A stretch of 64,000 bases of DNA from Deltaproteobacteria bacterium. GTDB lineage: Bacteria; Desulfobacterota; Binatia; HRBIN30; JACQVA1. The notes under the pieces are model-generated. The model ran no database searches. It worked only from the letters and a program-made list of their open reading frames with translations, and was not told the DNA's origin. Shown here piece by piece: positions 58,761 through 64,000 of the stretch (within the stretch, counting starts at the first letter, position 1; each line of letters opens with the position of its first letter). Both the position numbers and the translations under genes were made by a program. Where the stretch lies: contig JACQVA010000158.1 in assembly GCA_016210005.1 (NCBI GenBank), positions 75,180 to 139,179 of the forward strand, written 5' to 3'.

Positions 58761-59099
58761 ATGAAGCTGCCCAACGCGCATCTGGCGGTGGTCGAGCGCG
58801 AGAAGATCACCGGCTACCTGCTTAATCCTGCGCATCCCGATAACGGTGGCAAAGCCGCCTTCTTCCAAGCACAGGGCTTCAAAGGCAGCGACTGGCAGAC
58901 GCTGGCCGACGCCTTTCGCAAGCTGGCCGTGAGCGACGACGTCACCGAAGCTGTGGAATCAAGGCACGGTCGGAAGTATATTCTCGACGGTCGTATTGAG
59001 ACCCCAAGCGGCAAGGTGTCAGTTGTGCGAACTGTTTGGATTGTAGATCGAGGGCTTGACGCGCCGCGACTGATCACGGCGTATCCGCGTGAAGAATGA
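58761..59099 (+). CDS. DUF6883 family protein (putative toxin)
   Basis: MKLPNAHLAVVEREKITGYLLNPAHPDNGGKAAFF... typical DUF6883. Confidence 0.5.
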   Translation: MKLPNAHLAVVEREKITGYLLNPAHPDNGGKAAFFQAQGFKGSDWQTLADAFRKLAVSDDVTEAVESRHGRKYILDGRIETPSGKVSVVRTVWIVDRGLDAPRLITAYPREE

Positions 59100-59108
59100 G
59101 AGGGAGCC

Positions 59109-59345
59109 ATGATTCGCGAACACGAACGCGTAGTGCTCACAACCCCAGCCCCTAACGAAGGGCTCGAACCTGGTGACGTTGGAACCGTGGTGCACGTATA
59201 CAGGGACGGCGAGGCATATGAGGTGGAGTTCGTTGCCCTCGACGGGCACACCGCGGCGGTGGTTACCCTTGAGGCATCGCAAGTTCGGCCGGTCTCGCAT
59301 CGGGAGATCACCCACGCTCGCGAATTCTCGGCAGCTAGCTCGTGA
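59109..59345 (+). CDS. DUF4926 family protein (partner of DUF6883)
   Basis: MIREHERVVLTTPAPNEGLEPGDVGTVVHVYRDGEAYEVEF typical DUF4926. Confidence 0.55.
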   Translation: MIREHERVVLTTPAPNEGLEPGDVGTVVHVYRDGEAYEVEFVALDGHTAAVVTLEASQVRPVSHREITHAREFSAASS

Positions 59346-59348
59346 ACT

Positions 59349-59560
59349 GTGCCAGCGCGGACATCCTCCAGACGTCACCCCGCAGCTTTCGCCATCACGT
59401 TTCGCGCCCTCGGCGGCAAAGACCTCTCCTGCGTCGCCATCCAACCCCGCCCGCGCCCGGTGTTCATCAAGGAAGGCCAGTTCGAGCACCTGTACATTCG
59501 CACCGGCAACTCGACCCGGCTGCTGACGGCGCCGGTGTTGTGGCATTGCTGGCGCAATAA
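59349..59560 (+). repeat. Repeat A4: degenerate AlbA_2 3-prime fragment
   Basis: ...KDLSCVAIQPRPRPVFIKEGQFEHLYIRTGNSTRLLTA then divergence. Confidence 0.6.
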
Positions 59561-59628
59561 ACGAATTCCCGCGAAGAACTTGGATGCCCAGCCGTGCCTG
59601 GGCTATAGGACGACAAGGGAGGCGCGGG

Positions 59629-61467
59629 ATGACTAACACGATGCGTGCGGCCGCGAGCCGCCGGACTTTTCTCAAGGCGGTGGGAGGCGTGCTCGGCGCC
59701 GCCACCCTGCCGATCGGCGCAACCCTGGCGCGGGGCGAGCGGGAGGCAACCGAGCCCGACGTGGTTGTGATCGGCGGCGGCTTCGCCGGCGTCACCGCGG
59801 CGCGCGAGCTCGGTCACGCGGGCCTGCGTGTGCTGCTGCTCGAAGCGCGCAACCGACTCGGCGGGCGTACGTTGACCACCAAGGTCGGCGAAGAGATTTT
59901 CGAGCTCGGCGGCACCTGGATCCACTCAACGCAGCCACACGTGTGGGCGGAGGCCAACCGCTACGGTCTCGAGCTCGTCGAAACCCCGGATGGGTTTCCC
60001 GAGCGGATCGTGTGGTGGGACGGCGAGCAGACGAAGGAAGCGGGAATACTGGACGCCCTACCGCTCGTCGGCTCCGCGCTCTGCGCCAGCCCCGACGACG
60101 TTGTCCCCGAAATGCCCTTGCCCGTGCTGCATGCCTTTGCGCTCCTCGACCAAGTCATGTCGAAGTTCCATGCGGAGGCAGCCACGGCCTTTCCGCGGCC
60201 GTTCGATCCGTTCTTCTCCGACGCCTGGCAGGCGAGCGACCGCCTCTCGATCCGCGATCGGCTCGACTCGATGGGCCTCTCCGCATCCCGGCGCGCGCTG
60301 CTCGAGGGCGTGCTCGGCGCTAGCGCACACGGAGCCTTCGAGGAGGCCGGCTTGGCCGACATGCTCCGCTGGTGGGCGCTGTCCGGAAGCGACCTGCAGC
60401 GCTACTCCGACACCGTGGCGCGCTTTCGCTTCCGCCAGGGCACCTCACGCCTGATCGACGCCATGATCGCCGATGGCAAGCCCGACGTGCGCCTGCAAAG
60501 CCCGGTGACCCGCGTCGTGCAAACGGGCGGGCGCGTCGAGGTCACGATCGCCGGCGGCGAGACGTTTCGCGCACGCGCCGTGATCGCAGCGCTTCCCATG
60601 AACGTTCTCGCGAACATCGACTTCTCGCCCGCGCTCGACCCGGCGAAGATCGCGGCGTCAAAGGAACGGCACGCCGGAGCCGGCGTCAAAGCCTACATCC
60701 GCGTGCGCGGCGAGGTGCCGAGGCTGCTCGCGCTCGCGCCCGAGCCCGAGCCTTTCTCGACACTGATGACCGCGCACGGCGGCAAGGACGGCGGCGTGCT
60801 CATCGGCTTCGGCACTGATCCGAAGAAGATCGACATCCACGCGACCGGCGCGGTGCAACAGGCGGTTCGGCGCTTTCTGCCGGCCGCCGAGGTCACCGAG
60901 GTCTTCGCTTACGACTGGCATCTGGATCCCTACTCGCTCGGCACGTGGTGCATTCTTCGCAAAGGACAGATGACGAAGTACTTCGCCGCTCTTCGCGCCC
61001 CCGAGGGGCTCGTGCACTTCGCCGGCGGAGACTTTGCGCTCGGATTTCGCGGCTTCATCGACGGCGCGATCGAGAGCGGCACACGCACCGCGCGCGTGGT
61101 GATCGAGCGCCTCGCAGGCAGTCTCGCGCTTGGGGCAGAGGCGGAGACGGCACCGGCGGCCACGGCGGGGGCGCCAGGCGAAGCCGCCTTCGAACCCTGC
61201 GCGGTGTGTCACTCGGTCGACGAATCGGGCAAAGCCGGCATCGGCCCGAACCTGCACGGCGTCGTCGGGCGCAAAGCCGCCAGCGACCCGTCGTTCGCAT
61301 ACTCCGAAGCGCTCCGCAGCCGCGGGATCACGTGGACCGAGAAGGACCTCGACGCGTTTCTCGCCGACCCGCAGGCCTTCATCCCGGGCACGCAGATGCC
61401 GTTCACCGGCCTCAAGGACCCGGCCGATCGCGCGGCGGTGATCCGGTTCCTGCTCAGCGCGAAATAG
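59629..61467 (+). CDS. Flavin-containing amine oxidase fused to a C-terminal class I cytochrome c domain; Tat signal peptide
   Basis: SRRTFLKAVGG twin-arginine motif; VVVIGGGFAGVTAARELGHAG FAD Rossmann; C-terminal CAVCH heme site with downstream Met ligand region. Confidence 0.7.
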   Translation: MTNTMRAAASRRTFLKAVGGVLGAATLPIGATLARGEREATEPDVVVIGGGFAGVTAARELGHAGLRVLLLEARNRLGGRTLTTKVGEEIFELGGTWIHSTQPHVWAEANRYGLELVETPDGFPERIVWWDGEQTKEAGILDALPLVGSALCASPDDVVPEMPLPVLHAFALLDQVMSKFHAEAATAFPRPFDPFFSDAWQASDRLSIRDRLDSMGLSASRRALLEGVLGASAHGAFEEAGLADMLRWWALSGSDLQRYSDTVARFRFRQGTSRLIDAMIADGKPDVRLQSPVTRVVQTGGRVEVTIAGGETFRARAVIAALPMNVLANIDFSPALDPAKIAASKERHAGAGVKAYIRVRGEVPRLLALAPEPEPFSTLMTAHGGKDGGVLIGFGTDPKKIDIHATGAVQQAVRRFLPAAEVTEVFAYDWHLDPYSLGTWCILRKGQMTKYFAALRAPEGLVHFAGGDFALGFRGFIDGAIESGTRTARVVIERLAGSLALGAEAETAPAATAGAPGEAAFEPCAVCHSVDESGKAGIGPNLHGVVGRKAASDPSFAYSEALRSRGITWTEKDLDAFLADPQAFIPGTQMPFTGLKDPADRAAVIRFLLSAK

Positions 61468-62372
61468 GTCGCGGCGCGGACGCAGCCGGCGCGGCTCCGC
61501 CGTAGCCACCTCGGCGCCGCTCGCGCCGTCGAGCGACGCGGTGGGCTCGTGGGCAAGAACGACCCGGCAGTTGACACCGCGGCAGCAAGAGCGCCCAGCC
61601 GGTTTTGGCGGCTCGGATGAATACTACTCTTTATCATGATAAACGGGAGCCATGGTTATCGAGCGACATCTGCGGCTAGATCCCAAGCGCAGCTGTCTGC
61701 TGTTGGGTTGGCGACGCGTCGGCAAGACCACCTTTTTCCACGCTGCGTGCCCGGACGTCACCTCGGTCAGACGTCTGAAGCGTCTTTGCCGCTTGCTGGA
61801 GTCAAGAAGATATTCACAACACCTCGGCGGTCGCACAGGCAAGCTGCGTGCAGCACAGATTTTCCACTAGCCGGAGAGCGGATCAGGCGGTATAGGCTTC
61901 CAGCCCCTATGTCTTGATGCGGCCTCGTACGGTCATGACCCCGTTTATGGTGGCTCGACCGTGCTGCGCCGCGCTGCCCGCGGTGTTCGACATGCCGTTC
62001 GACTGCCGCCAGACCAGCTCGTCGACGGCGACCTCCTGGTCGCTGTCGCGGTCACCGGTGCAGGTCTGGGCAGCCGCCGCGGGGGCAACCGGAGAACCTC
62101 ACCACAGAGAACGCAGACGGCGCAGAGGAGAAGCAATTGGCGCCCAGGGTCACCCGGAAGACAGCTCTCGCACCCGTCAACAATGATGCCATTCGCTTGG
62201 CCTTCCGATCTTGAGGGCGGGAGCGGTGCTCCCGCCGCACTTCGTCGCGATCGCGGCACGTCGTTGATTTCCTCCGGGTGGAGCATTGCTCCACCCCTCC
62301 GAGTTTTTCACAACCTCTGAGCGCCCGAAGCGGCCGCCGCCGGGTAACTCACCTAGTGCCAGCGCGCCCCGG

Positions 62373-63770
62373 CTAGCGCGCGTTGCCGGCGGTTTCTGCC
62401 TTCAACCGGTCGAGGTCGGCGTGGGTGACCGCTTTGTGCGGCTCGCGCTGCAAGAACAACAGCACGCCGCCGGGAATCGACAGCGGGAGCTTCTCGATCC
62501 AGAAGCCCAGGTGGCCGATGAGGAAGGCCTTGACCGCGCCGGCTTTCGAGCCCAGCAACCAGACGAAGACAATCTCGCGAACGCCTTCGCCGGAAGCCGA
62601 CGGGAGCACGAAAGTGCCCAAGGTCATGACCGCGCTGGCGAACAGCACTTCGAGCGGCTGCACGTTACCGGTGTGGATCGCGAGCGCGTTGCAGAAGTAC
62701 ATCAACGTCGTCGTAATCTGACCGAACACGGCCAGCGCCACGGCTGCCAGCAAATGGCCGCGCCGGTGCGCGTAGGCAGCGGCGGCTTCGATGACGCTGA
62801 GGAGAAAGCGCCGCAGGCGCGCGGATGGTACGATGTTCAACAGCCCTTTGAACCAGGACGGCTGCAACAGCACCAGGACGGCGAACACCACCGCCCCCGC
62901 TAGGGGAATCTTCATCGCCGCCACTAGCTCGCCGAAAGATTGACCGCGGGTAACCGCACCGGCAAACGGCATAAACAGCAGGATCACCACCAGCAACGCC
63001 ACCAGCCCGATGACGCGCTCGACCGCCAGTGCGGTGGTGCACTGAATCGGTTTTCGCGTCACGCGGATGGTGTCGTACAAGCGCCAGCCGTCCAGCCCCA
63101 TGGTCGACGGGGTGACGATGCCGAAGTAGCGACCGATGAAGTAAGTACTGGCCAGAAAGCGAAACGTGAGATCAATCCCTTGCCCGCGCAGGAGGATTTG
63201 CCAGCGCCAGATGTTGGCAAAGATGCCGGCAAGCTTGACCAGTATGGCCAGCGTGAACCAAGGCACGAACAGAGCCAGGTCGAGCGCACGCACCTCACGC
63301 CATAGGTCGGCAACTTCCACCGGCACCAGCTGCCACCCGTGCACCCGAAAGTAGGCGGTGTCACGGGCTTGGCTCCGCGGTACGGCCACGAATTCATCTT
63401 GCAGCAGCACGAACACGTACGCCAAGCGGCCATCCTGGCAATGACGAAAAGCCTTGAAGGGCTGTGCCGCGCCCTCGCTGCGTACAAAGACACGCCGGTC
63501 GGCGCTCGCCACGCAGACCTCGTCCGGGCTCATCGGCACTCGCGGCGGCGGCAGCTCGCGGCCGGCCAACCGGGCTTTGAGGCGCCCGACGACGCCCGGG
63601 TATTGCGGGTTGGCTGCTTCAAACGTGCCCGGGCGGTCGAGCAGGGCAACCGGCACAGCGCGGTAGCCGCCCCCGATCTCTACGAAGATGGCAACGAAGA
63701 TAGCGGCGGTAACGGCCAGCTTGGCGGCGCCTTTGGCAATGGTACGAAAACTCATCGGCAGCGGCATCCT
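62373..63770 (-). CDS. Flippase-like / lysylphosphatidylglycerol-synthase-TM-region family (UPF0104) membrane protein
   Basis: Polytopic membrane ORF with conserved GEGVREIVFVWLL-type segment; probable start MPLPMSFRTIAKGAA. Confidence 0.55.
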   Translation of the reverse strand, partial: RMPLPMSFRTIAKGAAKLAVTAAIFVAIFVEIGGGYRAVPVALLDRPGTFEAANPQYPGVVGRLKARLAGRELPPPRVPMSPDEVCVASADRRVFVRSEGAAQPFKAFRHCQDGRLAYVFVLLQDEFVAVPRSQARDTAYFRVHGWQLVPVEVADLWREVRALDLALFVPWFTLAILVKLAGIFANIWRWQILLRGQGIDLTFRFLASTYFIGRYFGIVTPSTMGLDGWRLYDTIRVTRKPIQCTTALAVERVIGLVALLVVILLFMPFAGAVTRGQSFGELVAAMKIPLAGAVVFAVLVLLQPSWFKGLLNIVPSARLRRFLLSVIEAAAAYAHRRGHLLAAVALAVFGQITTTLMYFCNALAIHTGNVQPLEVLFASAVMTLGTFVLPSASGEGVREIVFVWLLGSKAGAVKAFLIGHLGFWIEKLPLSIPGGVLLFLQREPHKAVTHADLDRLKAETAGNAR

Positions 63771-63813
63771 ATACGGGTACGCCGCGACGAAAGCAACGCG
63801 GCAAGCCCGACGG

Positions 63814-64000
63814 TCAGCGCGGAGATAACCGCAGCTCCAGCCCCTCAACCGCGGCGCGACTATGAGGGAAGATAGTGCGGGCGAGACGTTCGAGGCGGCG
63901 AATCTCGGCGTCGTCGTGCTCGGGATCGTGATGGTACAGGATCAGCTGACCAACACCGGCGGCGCGCGCGGCCTCGGCCGCCATCCGCACCGTACTGTGC
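63814..64000 (-). CDS. MBL-fold metallo-hydrolase, C-terminal end (partial, N-terminus beyond window)
   Basis: Manual translation: ...HSTVRMAAEAARAAGVGQLILYHHDPEHDDAEIRRLERLARTIFPHSRAAVEGLELRLSPR*; LILYHHDPEHDD resembles the C-terminal metal-binding His segment of MBL-fold enzymes. Confidence 0.45.
   Translation of the reverse strand, partial: HSTVRMAAEAARAAGVGQLILYHHDPEHDDAEIRRLERLARTIFPHSRAAVEGLELRLSPR

Noticed and set aside
1-64000. Integron integrase, tyrosine/serine recombinase or transposase that could explain the two cassette arrays
   Set aside because: None of the ORFs in the window shows integrase (R..HxxR..Y) or transposase DDE signatures. The mechanism therefore remains inferred, and the enzyme, if any, must lie outside the window.
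1-64000. rRNA / tRNA / tmRNA genes
   Set aside because: No cloverleaf-like conserved tRNA segments (GTTC.A..C T-loop with matching acceptor stem) or rRNA-like conserved blocks were recognised by eye; an automated tRNA scan would be needed to exclude them formally.

Overview
High-GC (~68%) bacterial chromosomal window, probably an accessory or defence-island region flanked by housekeeping genes. Main contents: (1) At 1.3-9 kb, a YpsA-like SLOG gene, two toxin-antitoxin (TA) pairs (VapBC and DUF433/DUF5615), a SLOG gene fragment, a TIR-transmembrane-HEAT protein and a 982-aa AAA+ ATPase with tandem C-terminal RyR domains. (2) At 10.6-21.9 kb, an array of at least 7 same-orientation direct repeats (~230-470 bp, with WD40-blade-like coding potential plus a ~100-bp imperfect hairpin) that separate small cassettes: MqsRA, VapBC x3 (one frameshifted), ParE/antitoxin, RelE-like, two tandem TIR-only genes, a retropepsin-like protease with a small partner, and a DUF4143 AAA ATPase. 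(3) At 19.9-26.6 kb, a decayed DUF4062-NACHT-TPR gene with at least 2 frameshifts, two further DUF4062 N-terminal fragments, and a nucleotidyltransferase pair. (4) At 26.7-42.3 kb, ordinary metabolic genes: GMC oxidoreductase, HEAT-repeat protein, CheY-like receiver, argC, M1 aminopeptidase, Zn-ADH, enoyl-CoA hydratase, PaaK-like ligase and aldehyde:ferredoxin oxidoreductase. (5) At 42.4-53.4 kb, a type I restriction-modification locus (hsdR-hsdM-hsdS) that begins inside a truncated PLD-helicase gene and carries a Hachiman-like pair (PD-(D/E)xK-like protein plus Ski2-like DEAH helicase) inserted between hsdS and a duplicated hsdS 3-prime remnant, followed by a classic AAA ATPase. (6) At 53.5-59.6 kb, a second repeat-punctuated array whose repeats are 3-prime fragments of an AlbA_2 (Schlafen-like) gene, bounding a DUF1016 nuclease + DprA-like SLOG pair, DUF4258/DUF2283, a second DprA-like SLOG paralog, a membrane protein with an in-frame stop, and DUF6883/DUF4926. 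(7) At 59.6-64 kb, a Tat-signal flavin amine oxidase fused to cytochrome c, a flippase-like membrane protein, and the C-terminus of an MBL-fold protein running off the window. No rRNA, tRNA or CRISPR array was recognised. The ORF track omits ORFs that run off the window edges (a TrkA-N membrane protein at 1-1320 and the MBL-fold protein at the 3-prime edge were found by manual translation).
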